Source: Bdellovibrionales bacterium (GTDB lineage Bacteria; Bdellovibrionota; Bdellovibrionia; Bdellovibrionales; UBA1609). From it: a stretch of DNA of 64,000 nt. Positions 19,302 through 29,426 of the stretch are shown piece after piece. The notes beneath the pieces were generated by a model. The model saw nothing but the letters and a program-made list of their open reading frames with translations. It did not search any database and had not been told where the DNA came from. The stretch's first letter is position 1, and every line of letters begins with the position of its first letter. Where the stretch lies: NCBI GenBank assembly GCA_050250515.1, contig JBFWON010000003.1, positions 395 through 64,394 on the forward strand, read 5' to 3'. Position numbers and translations under genes: made by a program.

Positions 19302-20267
19302 CTAAACCACCTGTGTCTTCAAATTGAAATTGTGTTCGGCCTCCACTCGGCGAATGGTTCCGGTTTGTGAGCGCATCACAATCGAATGCGTGCTGGCCTT
19401 ATTACCTGGCAGAGTTCGAACGCCCAACAGCAAAGGACCATCGGTCACTCCAGTGGCACAGAACATAACGGATCCACGAGCCAAATCTTCTAATTTGAAA
19501 ATCTGATCCAATTTTTCAATTCCCATTTTGCTGGCGCGCTTGCGCTCATCATCGTTACGATACTTCAACCGACCTTGAAAATCTCCACCGAGACACTTAA
19601 TGGCGGCCGCGGTAATCACACCTTCTGGTGCGCCACCGGTACCCATCAATAAATCAATCCCTGATTCAGACCAGCAGGGCGCCACACCGGCCGAGACATC
19701 CCCATCCCCGATCAGCCGAATACGGGCACCGGTCGATCGCACACTCTCAATCAATTCTTTGTGCCTAGGTCGATCGAGAATCACCACGGTGACATCTTCG
19801 ACTTTCTTACACAAAACATCGGCCACAATTCGCACATTTTCTTCTGGTGTTTTTTCTAACGAAATTTTGCCTTTGGCGCGCGGACCGCAGGCGATCTTTT
19901 CCATGTAGGTGTCGGGCGCATGCAAAAAGTTTCCGCGCTCGGCAATGGCGATCACCGAAATCGAACCCACGCCTCCGGTGGCACAAATCGTCGTCCCTTC
20001 TAACGGATCCAAGGCAATATCGACGGCCGGTGAATCGGAAGTCCGTTTACCCACTTTCTCACCTATGTAAAGCATGGGCGCTTCGTCACGCTCACCTTCA
20101 CCAATGACGACCACGCCGTCGATGTTCACCGTATCAAACGCCTTGCGCATGGCATCCACCGCCGCTTGATCGGCCGCTTTTTCATCACCACGGCCCATAA
20201 ATCGCGCACTCGCTAGCGCCGCCGCTTCTGTGATTCTTACAAATTCGAGAGCCAGGTTTCGGTCCAT
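19302..20267 (-). CDS. glpX: Class II fructose-1,6-bisphosphatase GlpX
   Basis: VIGEGERDEAPML, DPLEGT, GDGDV, GGAPEGV and ATGVTDG motifs. Confidence 0.98.
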   Translation of the reverse strand: MDRNLALEFVRITEAAALASARFMGRGDEKAADQAAVDAMRKAFDTVNIDGVVVIGEGERDEAPMLYIGEKVGKRTSDSPAVDIALDPLEGTTICATGGVGSISVIAIAERGNFLHAPDTYMEKIACGPRAKGKISLEKTPEENVRIVADVLCKKVEDVTVVILDRPRHKELIESVRSTGARIRLIGDGDVSAGVAPCWSESGIDLLMGTGGAPEGVITAAAIKCLGGDFQGRLKYRNDDERKRASKMGIEKLDQIFKLEDLARGSVMFCATGVTDGPLLLGVRTLPGNKASTHSIVMRSQTGTIRRVEAEHNFNLKTQVV

Positions 20268-20662
20268 TTTTCCTTCTCCAAAGTTTTGGTCAGATCTTCG
20301 CTGGGTCGCACCGGCTTTAAAGACGAATCCACCGGAATGTGGAGGGTCTCGGCCTCGGCAATGCGCTGATCGCCCTTATAAATCGCGTACTGAAAGTGAA
20401 TTTTCAACCCCTGTCGTTGCACCTGCAGAAAAACCTTCAAAAGATCATCAAAGCGAGCCGGTTTTAGGTGCCAAACCTGATAGTGCAAAAGAGCCAAAAC
20501 CTTATCGGACAGTGGATAATGGGTATGACTCAAATCACGCGCCCGCATCCAAGCGACACGAGACTCTTCGCAGTAGCGCAGGTAATTGGCGTGATGAACC
20601 ACACCCATGGCATCCGTATCGGAGAACGCCACTCGCCGTTCATAACTAAAAGCGTCTAGCAC
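20237..20662 (-). CDS. Acyl-CoA thioesterase (YbgC/4HBT hotdog family)
   Basis: DTDAMGVVHHANY signature; PARFDD. Confidence 0.92.
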   Translation of the reverse strand: MLDAFSYERRVAFSDTDAMGVVHHANYLRYCEESRVAWMRARDLSHTHYPLSDKVLALLHYQVWHLKPARFDDLLKVFLQVQRQGLKIHFQYAIYKGDQRIAEAETLHIPVDSSLKPVRPSEDLTKTLEKEKWTETWLSNL

Positions 20663-20665
20663 CAG

Positions 20666-21292
20666 TTAAACTCCAGGAGCAATTGAGCGGAGGAATTCTT
20701 TCATAGGAATATCCGGTTTGTCCATCTGGGAAAGGATAAGAAGCGCACGAAGTTGCACAGGTGTGGGTTTGAAGACTCGGGTCCCGCGCGAAAAATGCAC
20801 ACTTCCTTCCGCCAGCTCCAAATGCACTTGATCGATCATGAGGGGAGTTTTCATGTAGATAAAAACGCTGATTCCATTTGGTCCCTGCAGCCAACGGTCA
20901 AAGGCCTCACCTTTATCGACCCAGCTCGCCTGTACCGGGCGCAGGGCCTGACCAATCAGTTTCGCGTCCAAAAATTCACCGATGGCGTAATGGCCCTCTG
21001 GGGGAATTTCCAAAAATTCCAGTCCCACTTGCTCAAGATTGAACCAAACCACTCTGGCTTTGCAGGCAAAAGAGGGTGAAATCCCAAGCCTTACGTGAAC
21101 AGGCACCACTTGCTGCGCAGCAAAAGGAAACAGTCCCGGTTTTTGGGCAGCGCACCCACGATAACTCAGATCTGTGAGACTGGAGGCTTCTAGATTGGGC
21201 CAAGTGAGACTTGCACTCAACTCGCCGATACTCTCGGCAATGTCTGCCTGAAGTCTAACTCGTGGGTAACGACGCTGATCTTTGCTGCTCAC
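20666..21292 (-). CDS. PilZ domain protein
   Basis: QRRYPR (RxxxR) and DLSYRG (D/NxSxxG) c-di-GMP-binding motifs. Confidence 0.88.
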   Translation of the reverse strand: MSSKDQRRYPRVRLQADIAESIGELSASLTWPNLEASSLTDLSYRGCAAQKPGLFPFAAQQVVPVHVRLGISPSFACKARVVWFNLEQVGLEFLEIPPEGHYAIGEFLDAKLIGQALRPVQASWVDKGEAFDRWLQGPNGISVFIYMKTPLMIDQVHLELAEGSVHFSRGTRVFKPTPVQLRALLILSQMDKPDIPMKEFLRSIAPGV

Positions 21293-21354
21293 GGGTTCAC
21301 CTCTATTCTTGATGCCTCACCAATATAGAGCTCTTCGCGAGCGAGGTCACATTT

Positions 21355-21978
21355 TTATGTGGGGCGCGAGCATATCTTAAGAAAGGTCAATTCGAGTTGT
21401 ATCCAACTCTTTGATTCATCTATTGGTCGGCCCAGCATGAGATCCACTTGCGAATTGGCTCTGGCAGACTCGATTCTCAGCTTCAATGCCTTACAAATGG
21501 GATTCTGATCCCGTTTAGGAAAAGAGTCGTGCAATTCGAGCGACTCTACCTTTGCCATACCCTCGGCAAAGATTTCGTCCAAAACGCTCGACAGGCGATT
21601 CGCAATTATCTTCAACTCTTCCTTGAGCTCAATATCAAACGGAGAACAATCAATTTGGACCTGCACAGCGTCGAGTAAAAGTGTGCCTGTAAAAAGGATG
21701 GCGCGAGTGGCCTGCATGCAATCATCTCGACACTTGTCATACAAAAGCTTTTCTGGACCGGCTTGCACCTCAAGAGCCAAACGAGCCGCCCGATCCACCT
21801 CAACGTATTTGTCACTTGGCACTATGAACCGAGTCTTTGATGCTTTTAGAGTTTCCGCCGATTGAAGGACCGAGGCCACCCCATGCCGGGTGGCCTCAAC
21901 GAATGCTGGGTCTGTCCAACAGACCGGTGCGGCCGATAAGTTCAAGCCTACAAACAAAGCCCCTAGCAGAAGAATCAA
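21355..21978 (-). CDS. Secreted helical hypothetical protein
   Basis: Signal peptide; six Cys; 4-bp overlap with the upstream gene. Confidence 0.7.
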   Translation of the reverse strand: MILLLGALFVGLNLSAAPVCWTDPAFVEATRHGVASVLQSAETLKASKTRFIVPSDKYVEVDRAARLALEVQAGPEKLLYDKCRDDCMQATRAILFTGTLLLDAVQVQIDCSPFDIELKEELKIIANRLSSVLDEIFAEGMAKVESLELHDSFPKRDQNPICKALKLRIESARANSQVDLMLGRPIDESKSWIQLELTFLKICSRPT

Positions 21979-22760
21979 TGTAAAGCTCCGACCATGGCTT
22001 CGTGACTTTGCTTAAGTCGAATCATCGTTTCCAATAGACCTTGTTGAACTTGCACTTGGGCCGCCAAGTTAGCCGTCAGTTTCTGAGCAGCTCCCAGCAG
22101 CTCCCCAGCTAAGGCTTGATTCACATTTTCGTGAAATTTGGCCAACAACGACATATATCCTGACATCAGCTCGCCGGGTCTGCGCCAAAACCAATCGTTG
22201 GCCTTTTCTATACGATCCCGCAACTGTGCCGCGCTTTTCCGGTCTTCAGATGACAAGCCTGTTTGACTTTCGATTTGCTTCAATGCCGTAATCCAAAGAA
22301 CTCGATTGCTCTCCGAGTTTACAAAAAGGGGGCTTAAAATCTGTGCGACCTGCGCATGAGTCTTCAGCGCAAAAATCTGTTCCGCCATGCTTCGGACCGA
22401 CTTCTCAACTTCCTGAGCCGACGCCAAAATGGCTTGAGAGTAATTTGCCTGTTCCGTTTGCCTTTGGATCAGCTGAGTTAGCCGAGCGTCTTCCTGAGAT
22501 AAAACAGCGTTCACCTGAGCTCTCAATTTCTCAATGACCGCTTTCTTTTTAGAGAGCTTTTCAGATACTTCTTTGTGTTGACTCTGGGCACTCGGCAGTT
22601 GCGAGCGCCTTTGAGCAATTTGACCCTCGACCGCCGACTTTTGCTGTTGAGCCTCGTCGGCCTTCTTGCGAAAACCCCAGGGGTCCAACTTGTCTCGTAA
22701 ATCGTTGGCCTGAACTGCACTGACAAAGACCAAAACGGAAAATAAAATTAAACTTTTCAT
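21975..22760 (-). CDS. Secreted coiled-coil hypothetical protein
   Basis: Signal peptide (SAVQA); long Gln/Ala/Lys-rich heptad pattern. Confidence 0.75.
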   Translation of the reverse strand: MKSLILFSVLVFVSAVQANDLRDKLDPWGFRKKADEAQQQKSAVEGQIAQRRSQLPSAQSQHKEVSEKLSKKKAVIEKLRAQVNAVLSQEDARLTQLIQRQTEQANYSQAILASAQEVEKSVRSMAEQIFALKTHAQVAQILSPLFVNSESNRVLWITALKQIESQTGLSSEDRKSAAQLRDRIEKANDWFWRRPGELMSGYMSLLAKFHENVNQALAGELLGAAQKLTANLAAQVQVQQGLLETMIRLKQSHEAMVGALH

Positions 22761-22763
22761 TTT

Positions 22764-23654
22764 TTACTCCTGTGTCGAATCGATGGCACTGGCCATCTCG
22801 TCGTTTCGTTTTTTGCTGATGGACGCATCCGCATAGATCGAGCGGGCGGATTGGGCCGTTTGCTTTAAACCCTCTTCCACGTGATCCATCGCCTTTTGAT
22901 AGCTTTGCTTCACTTCATCAGATGCCATTTTCGAAAGCGCTAGGTAGGAGCTCTTCAATGTCTTGCCCATCGAATTGGCAATCTGTTGGAAGGCCGCCAC
23001 CGCTCGCGCAATGACTTCCGTTTGACCTTGAGATTTGGCCACTTCAACGAGGGCCTGTCCCGCCGACTTTTGCTCTCCACTTGAGATGCCCTGGAGCTCT
23101 ATTAAAAATGGCTTCAATTGATTCACAGCCGAAGCCGCCGATCTACTCACAATACCGGTTTCCTTACGGATGATCTTCAGTCTGGCCTGCGCGACCACAA
23201 TCATTTTTTCAAGACCTTCAAATTCACGTCGGTAAGTTTCGAAATGGTGGTTGAAGGTACGCGTGCTCTCCAACTGGCGAGCTTTGTACGACTTGAACTG
23301 CACTTTTTCCGCCTCGGTCGCTTTGATGACATCATCGATCTGTTTATTTATGGCGTTGAGTTCTCCCTGAACTTTTTGAAGTTCCGCCACTTTAGCATTG
23401 TACTCTTCCTCTTGCTTGCGTCTTTCATTTTCACCCGTGATGGCATTCTTGCCTCTTTCAAGGGCTCCGCAAATGTCCCCTCCGCAATTGGGTGTCGGAA
23501 TATTGGTGCCTTGGGCCTGTGGACCCACCTTAATCCCGCCGCTACCAATTGAAACCACACCGCCAATACCAATACTCCAGTCGCCACCCCACGCTTGGGT
23601 GGCAACGGCCACAAGCGAAATCAAAATCGCTCGGGATACTATTTTATTTGTCAT
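22764..23654 (-). CDS. Secreted coiled-coil hypothetical protein with Gly-rich N-terminal segment
   Basis: GGAGG RBS; signal peptide; WSIGIGGVVSIGSGGIKVG and CGGDIC followed by a long coiled coil. Confidence 0.78.
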   Translation of the reverse strand: MTNKIVSRAILISLVAVATQAWGGDWSIGIGGVVSIGSGGIKVGPQAQGTNIPTPNCGGDICGALERGKNAITGENERRKQEEEYNAKVAELQKVQGELNAINKQIDDVIKATEAEKVQFKSYKARQLESTRTFNHHFETYRREFEGLEKMIVVAQARLKIIRKETGIVSRSAASAVNQLKPFLIELQGISSGEQKSAGQALVEVAKSQGQTEVIARAVAAFQQIANSMGKTLKSSYLALSKMASDEVKQSYQKAMDHVEEGLKQTAQSARSIYADASISKKRNDEMASAIDSTQE

Positions 23655-23689
23655 GTTCTTCCTCCATTCGATTGACCACGTCTCCCCTA

Positions 23690-23705
23690 ATCAAGATCCG
23701 GGCCA
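23690..23705 (-). promoter_or_regulatory. Possible sigma54-like promoter for the leftward operon
   Basis: Minus strand TGGCCCGGATCTTGAT: GG-N10-GA, so the -12 element is non-canonical. Confidence 0.3.
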
Positions 23706-23712
23706 TCGGATT

Positions 23713-23728
23713 TGGCCGCCGATTTGCT
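23713..23728 (+). promoter_or_regulatory. Putative sigma54 promoter for the rightward operon
   Basis: TGGCCGCCGATTTGCT gives GG-N10-GC with TTGC. Confidence 0.5.
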
Positions 23729-23796
23729 CAAAGGGATTACCCGAAAGGAGAGTCTGGAGCAGCTAAGTAGGCGAATACAGACTAAAGGACCACGAA

Positions 23797-25068
23797 ATGA
23801 AGAAAAAATCGAACGCCCCAATCAAGAATTTCCGCGCTTTCGTGCAACGCTTCGGACACAATGTCCGAGAATCCGGACGTCGACTCAGCCTCATTCTCCT
23901 TCTGATAGGGGCGCTTCCATCATGGGCCGATAACGACTCCCTGATCGATATGGCCTTTGACGAGAATCTCTTTATATCAGTCCACGGGCGAATTGAACTC
24001 GACCGCGCCACGGCCCGAATTGAGGGCATCTGTAAGATGTTGGTTTCACCTTCGACCGTGGATCAAAGCGCCTGTCAATGGCCCGCAAAGGCCCGCCAGG
24101 TCCAAGCCGCCTATGAACAGTTGAATTCAAAGGTCAGCGAAAGCTCAATGGCTAGGACGGGTCGCTTGGCCGCGCGAAACCTGTCTCGGGCAGAACTTTT
24201 GCTCAACGGATGGGGAAGCCGAACCTCTGATCTAACAGATACCCTTCAAGCCGTAGCATTTGCACGAAGTCTGACGGATTCCACTCAGTCGTTGATGTCA
24301 GCACTTGGGTCACCAGATTGGATCCTGGCCAATGCTTTAAACAACGAATCGGCAGATCTCCTTAAGATCCATCAAATCGCCCCCCAGTTCACTGCTTGGG
24401 TCCAGAGCGAGGAACCTCTCGGCTTTTTTTTGCGTTGGTCGAATTTTTTGCCGTCGCAGGCCCAATGGGTCGAGGGCATTTTCACCTGCCTGCGAGCGGA
24501 AGATGACATAGCCCACGCTTTGAATCATCCCGAAACCGTCCGAGTTCAACGTCGATTGATGCTGAAGGAGATTGAGGTCACCCGGTCCGGCTGGGGCCTA
24601 CCAGCCCCTGGCCTGTTGGTGGACTTTGGTTCGAGTGGTACCTCAACTGCTGAAGTTCTCGCACCCATCCTAGATCAGTTGTTAACTCTTGATTTAAGCC
24701 CCATGGCGCGAGAGCTGAATGAATGTCGCTCACTCGCGCAAGCATTGGCTTCTGTGGGGATCAATGAAGAAGTCATCAATTCCACTCGCCTCCAGTGTGA
24801 AAAAGCCCGCCAGACCCAGAATTCCCTTCACTTAGAAGATCTGCCCCCCGGGACCGCCACTCGCCAATATGCCCTAGTCTTACATGAAACCCGCACAGAG
24901 CGCGGCTATCAGCCGAGCGTTTTTGAGAGGCGCGCCGTCAGTCTTTTTAGGAGCCTCGAGAGCGCACCAAAATCCGCGACCCCGTGCGACCCGAAAATTC
25001 AAGCTAAGCTTAGTCCATTGATTCAACAGCTGCGTCGCCTCATCAACAACCAGGAACTCGGAGGATAA
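23797..25068 (+). CDS. Secreted hypothetical protein
   Basis: 423-aa ORF. Signal-like RRLSLILLLIGALPSWA suggests the true start may be further downstream. Confidence 0.7.
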   Translation: MKKKSNAPIKNFRAFVQRFGHNVRESGRRLSLILLLIGALPSWADNDSLIDMAFDENLFISVHGRIELDRATARIEGICKMLVSPSTVDQSACQWPAKARQVQAAYEQLNSKVSESSMARTGRLAARNLSRAELLLNGWGSRTSDLTDTLQAVAFARSLTDSTQSLMSALGSPDWILANALNNESADLLKIHQIAPQFTAWVQSEEPLGFFLRWSNFLPSQAQWVEGIFTCLRAEDDIAHALNHPETVRVQRRLMLKEIEVTRSGWGLPAPGLLVDFGSSGTSTAEVLAPILDQLLTLDLSPMARELNECRSLAQALASVGINEEVINSTRLQCEKARQTQNSLHLEDLPPGTATRQYALVLHETRTERGYQPSVFERRAVSLFRSLESAPKSATPCDPKIQAKLSPLIQQLRRLINNQELGG

Positions 25069-25069
25069 A

Positions 25070-25900
25070 ATGTATTTGAAATTCACACCCATTTTAATTT
25101 TCAGCCTTCTTCCCCTTTTCGTGGGGGCGTGTGGAAAGAACGACGCCCCTGAAAATTCCGTTCCCCCTCAGTACGACTGGGGACACTTTGTCTTTAATCT
25201 TGAAAATCCAGCGTCCCAACTGAGTGCTCATCTCACTCGAATTGTCGGGGCCAAAGGTCGAACTTTAAATGTGGAACTCAAAATTACGGCCGCAGGCCAG
25301 TGCACCGAGTACAACGAGATTATGCACAGTCAAACTTCAAAATTGAGGGGGGACTTCAACACGGAGTGGTCGTTTGTGACCCCGAAAGGTGAAGGTCGCC
25401 CCTGCCAGGCGGAACCAGGCGGCCTCACCATCTCGTCAGAGGAATGGACGTCGATCCAACAGGGCCGGCACCGTGACCTGCAAGCGCGAGGCTCCTATAT
25501 TTTGATCGAAGAAGAAGTAGCACAAGTCCCGGAACTTCCAGTTTCAGCTAACTTGGGGACACGTACCCTCCTCTTTCAGAGCAAAGCGCGAATCGATCAG
25601 CAAGCCCTTCCTGTGGCGGCGATTGTTGACTTAGAAAAGCGAAGGCTGGTGGGATTGGCGATCGACTCAACCTGGCTCGAAGACACTCGATCAGATGAAT
25701 CCTTCCCAACCGAAATGGGCAAATTCTCAAAACTCCTCCCCGTGCACGTCGACAAGGTGGACCAAGAATTTAAAAGTCAAAGATGCCGGCTTCAGGCTGG
25801 CTATGTACGACATCTCGAGCAATCTGAATCAGGGCTACCAACCCAACCCCTCAAAGAATTTATCAAATCTATCAAAACTCCCACAAAGGAATGTCCATGA
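25070..25900 (+). CDS. Hypothetical lipoprotein
   Basis: GGAGG RBS; lipobox FVGAC. Confidence 0.78.
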   Translation: MYLKFTPILIFSLLPLFVGACGKNDAPENSVPPQYDWGHFVFNLENPASQLSAHLTRIVGAKGRTLNVELKITAAGQCTEYNEIMHSQTSKLRGDFNTEWSFVTPKGEGRPCQAEPGGLTISSEEWTSIQQGRHRDLQARGSYILIEEEVAQVPELPVSANLGTRTLLFQSKARIDQQALPVAAIVDLEKRRLVGLAIDSTWLEDTRSDESFPTEMGKFSKLLPVHVDKVDQEFKSQRCRLQAGYVRHLEQSESGLPTQPLKEFIKSIKTPTKECP

Positions 25901-27774
25901 AGACCTGGATCTCTTTTTTAATCGTACCTCTTGGGCTCAGCGCTTGGGGTGACTCTGGCGATGTTTCTACTAAAGTAGAGACCGGCGGAGGCGTCACCTA
26001 TTTCGAATCCGAAGATCATCCCATGAAAATGGACTGGGACAATTGGACCTTTTGTTGGGGCGCCAATGCCAAATCCAAAACCCACAGTGGTGATTCTGCC
26101 GTCAGTGGGTCATCTGAAAACTCTGGCACGATCGATTCTTATGCCAACGTGGAGGGGCCCCTTAGTCGAATGCTGGTCAATCGTCTGCAATGGGAATCCA
26201 AGTTCAATAAGGAAGATATGACTTTTAGAATCAACATTCATCGAAAGATCGGCGCCAATCAAGAGCGCCAGGAGCGATCGACTTGCACCACGCATGATTG
26301 GAAGTACAAGGTCAACAAGGCCCAATCTAAGGTGGAAACCTCTGTCAAACTCCATGTACCCGACAATGTTTGGGTGATGCGAATTAAGACTTTGATCAAT
26401 CACTCCGGTTATCGACCCGTTATTGACAGCTCCCGGCCCATGCCGATTCGAGAAAGCTCGCAAGTACAAGAGACCAAAGGTTTTGAGCTTGACGGATATC
26501 AGTACTTCTTCACTCGACCAGGCGAAGACTTCCAGATCGCTCTGAATATTGATGAGAAGCAGGTCAAAGACATCGATTTAGTCACCTCGATTGAAGTTAC
26601 TTTCGTTGGTCACAATCGCTGCGAACAAACCTTTCAAGAAGTCTTCGGTAATGAAAAACTAGCCACATCCGATAAGGTGGCCAGCGCAGCTAGAGAAGCC
26701 TTTGAAAAAATGGAGGCCAGTCTGGATCGAAAAGATCAGGCTACCATTGGAGATTTGCACCGCACCACTTTGCTCATTGGTTGTCTAATGAACCGCAATG
26801 TGGCCGACGGGATTCTTTACCATAATGACACGACCCAAGTGCAAAAACTAATGTCCGAAGTGCAAAGCTTTCGTCAACGGGTCACCGACCGCACTCTCCA
26901 AGATCCTTCTTATAAACGTGCAGGAGACGCCCTAAAACTTCTGACCCAAATGTCGCTCGCTAGCCTCACGTCAAATGTTCTTGAGCACGTTCAACCCTTC
27001 TGTGAGAAAATTCCCATTTTCAATCGAAGTTCCGGTCAAAAGATTGGATACAAACGCGGATTTGTCCAGATTGGCGAGAATTTAAAGCAGGCTCGAAATC
27101 TACTGGGCGGAGCGGGATTTACCCGATATTTTTCCGACCTCTTTGCCAAGTATCAATTCGCCAGCCTAAGCGGCCGAACCCACGCCCAACTTATGTCCGA
27201 CCCCGTGACTCGACAAAACATTGTTGAGTTGTCCAATCTCTTCGAAGCCAACAATAAGGTCTTGGTCGCCCACAAGATCTCATCGCTGTTGGCCGAAATG
27301 CCCGGACTCAAACCGAATGTGGTGGTTGTCGGGCTGGCCGAGTCCGCACTCAAAATGGAAGCCACCGTCGGTCGACTGCATTCGGCCTTCACGCGTGAGC
27401 TGGATAAACTTGCCGCGCGCTCCGCCACTCGTCCCGATCTTAAAAATTTCGACACGGACATTCGGGCCTTGGACAATTCCACGAAATCCATGCAGGCGAA
27501 CCTACAAGCTCTATTGGCTCTTGTTGACAAAGCCGAGGGTGGCCCCATCGCCTCAGATTTTGCCAATGCCACCCAAGGAATTCTCACGATCGGGGGAAAT
27601 TTCTGGCTCGCACAGGTCTATGGCGGTTATTTCGCAGATTTTTTGGCCTCAATCGACCCCGATTTTCGCTCCGCCCGGGAAAAAAAATCCGTCGAGGCCA
27701 ATGGCACTTACAAACAACTCGCTCTTGAAGAGGTGAAGTCATGTCTTACCGCATACTCGTCCCTAAACAATTGA
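25891..27774 (+). CDS. Secreted hypothetical protein (beta-rich N-half, helical C-half)
   Basis: 627-aa ORF with signal peptide (LSAWG), overlapping both neighbours. Confidence 0.78.
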   Translation: MSMKTWISFLIVPLGLSAWGDSGDVSTKVETGGGVTYFESEDHPMKMDWDNWTFCWGANAKSKTHSGDSAVSGSSENSGTIDSYANVEGPLSRMLVNRLQWESKFNKEDMTFRINIHRKIGANQERQERSTCTTHDWKYKVNKAQSKVETSVKLHVPDNVWVMRIKTLINHSGYRPVIDSSRPMPIRESSQVQETKGFELDGYQYFFTRPGEDFQIALNIDEKQVKDIDLVTSIEVTFVGHNRCEQTFQEVFGNEKLATSDKVASAAREAFEKMEASLDRKDQATIGDLHRTTLLIGCLMNRNVADGILYHNDTTQVQKLMSEVQSFRQRVTDRTLQDPSYKRAGDALKLLTQMSLASLTSNVLEHVQPFCEKIPIFNRSSGQKIGYKRGFVQIGENLKQARNLLGGAGFTRYFSDLFAKYQFASLSGRTHAQLMSDPVTRQNIVELSNLFEANNKVLVAHKISSLLAEMPGLKPNVVVVGLAESALKMEATVGRLHSAFTRELDKLAARSATRPDLKNFDTDIRALDNSTKSMQANLQALLALVDKAEGGPIASDFANATQGILTIGGNFWLAQVYGGYFADFLASIDPDFRSAREKKSVEANGTYKQLALEEVKSCLTAYSSLNN

Positions 27775-29426
27775 TTGCGGCTGTAGTTTCCATCTGTCTC
27801 GCGACTCAGTCAGCTTGGGTGATTCCGGCTCACGCCGATCAGGCCGATGACTTTATCGCGAAGACCCATAAGTTAGCCGATGGCATTGCCACCAGTACGG
27901 TCAATATGATGCTTTTGAGCGCGCTTCAGCAAGCGGTGTATATGCAAAATGCAGATCCGTCCGTGGCTTTAAAGGCCATGCGTGAGCAAACCATTGCGAT
28001 GAAAAGTTTGGGCGCCCGCCTAAACAAAACTTACGCGATAGCTTTGGACGGCGCCGGTCAACTGAGCGGGCAACGGCTTACACAGCTCTACAACGATTAT
28101 GTTTCGATCATGTCGCAAATCACGAATCAGAGTCTTCGTCTCGATGGAATTCGCCGAGATGCACATGCCTTTCAGGCCGTGATTTTCAATTTGGCCCAAG
28201 GGTTAATGCAGAGTCTTGAGGATCGCTGTCGCGAAGGATACTACGTCAATCCTTATAGCGAAATTCGACCCGCCCTGCAGGCCATCATGCCGGCCTACGA
28301 AGTGCGACTGTCATTTGAGTTTGGCGGCGGACAAAGTCCACACATGGACCCCGCCAAGAGTGGCGTTTCCATCGCGAAGACCGACGAAGAAAAAGCCCTT
28401 TGGGCGGTCTTTTACGCCGGGAGTGTCATTCTCTCAACCTATGCTTTGACTGGCACATGGGTGTTGACGACGCAGGCGTTTTCAAGCCTTGCGCTCGGGA
28501 CACAAATGGCGGCACTCGGCATGGCATTTGGCGTGGGACTGGCGGTGGCGGCCATTATTGTGGCAGTGCAAATTTCGCAAGCGCGCGACGCTGCCAAAAA
28601 GGCCGTTGATCAACAGCGACGAATGTTTGAACAAAGAGCTGATCACAATACGGTCAACAAACTCTTCACTGAGAAGTGCGAGGCCGCGAAGAAAGAGTTC
28701 ACCGATTTGCGCGGAGCACTTGAGGCCATGGCGCGCGGCGAAACCTCCATCATACAGCAGTTAGAATCCAACCGAACTGCCATGAAGGCCAAGATCCAAA
28801 CTTTCGTTGCGGATCTGAATGCCTATGTAGAGACGCGAAAGCGAATCTTAGGTGCTGATTTTGAAAGCAAGGCAAAAGAAGAACAAACCAAGCTTTTGAA
28901 CGAGCTCGACAAGTCTCCTGAGGCGAAAAAATTCATGACCGCTAGCCAGGGCCTCAATCCCAAGGATATGGCCCAAATGATCATGTTCATAATTAAAGAT
29001 CTTTACCATGGCGGAGTGACCTACTCGAAAAAACTGGAAGACGCCTTTCAAAACACAGTGTCGATCATCAATGGAAAGCGCTCGGAAGAGCGAGCCACTC
29101 TTCTTCGAATCATGGCTGGTCAGAAGAACATGGAGGAAATCCAGCTCAAATCATCTGACGATCTGCAAATCGAAATTCGCCATTCTCAGGAATTGGCTGA
29201 AATTTATGCAGATTTGGATGCAGTGATTTTGGATTTGGCGGAGGCTGTCTTTTTGCCCGAAACCGCCCTTCGCCCAAAAGTGGAATCCATCAATGAGCGC
29301 GTCGCCAAGCTGCAAGAGCGCATTCAAGCCGCGGCCGAGCGACATCCCAAAAGCGAACTTCTGACTTTTCTCAAGGTCAAATTTCAGAACGTTCAATCCA
29401 ATATCGCGATCGGGAGGACATTATGA
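27741..29426 (+). CDS. Secreted helical protein with central hydrophobic hairpin (pore-former/translocator-like architecture)
   Basis: Signal peptide (PAHA); coiled coils flanking a ~60-aa uncharged segment WAVFYAGSVIL...GVGLAVAAIIVAVQ. Confidence 0.7.
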   Translation: MSYRILVPKQLIAAVVSICLATQSAWVIPAHADQADDFIAKTHKLADGIATSTVNMMLLSALQQAVYMQNADPSVALKAMREQTIAMKSLGARLNKTYAIALDGAGQLSGQRLTQLYNDYVSIMSQITNQSLRLDGIRRDAHAFQAVIFNLAQGLMQSLEDRCREGYYVNPYSEIRPALQAIMPAYEVRLSFEFGGGQSPHMDPAKSGVSIAKTDEEKALWAVFYAGSVILSTYALTGTWVLTTQAFSSLALGTQMAALGMAFGVGLAVAAIIVAVQISQARDAAKKAVDQQRRMFEQRADHNTVNKLFTEKCEAAKKEFTDLRGALEAMARGETSIIQQLESNRTAMKAKIQTFVADLNAYVETRKRILGADFESKAKEEQTKLLNELDKSPEAKKFMTASQGLNPKDMAQMIMFIIKDLYHGGVTYSKKLEDAFQNTVSIINGKRSEERATLLRIMAGQKNMEEIQLKSSDDLQIEIRHSQELAEIYADLDAVILDLAEAVFLPETALRPKVESINERVAKLQERIQAAAERHPKSELLTFLKVKFQNVQSNIAIGRTL

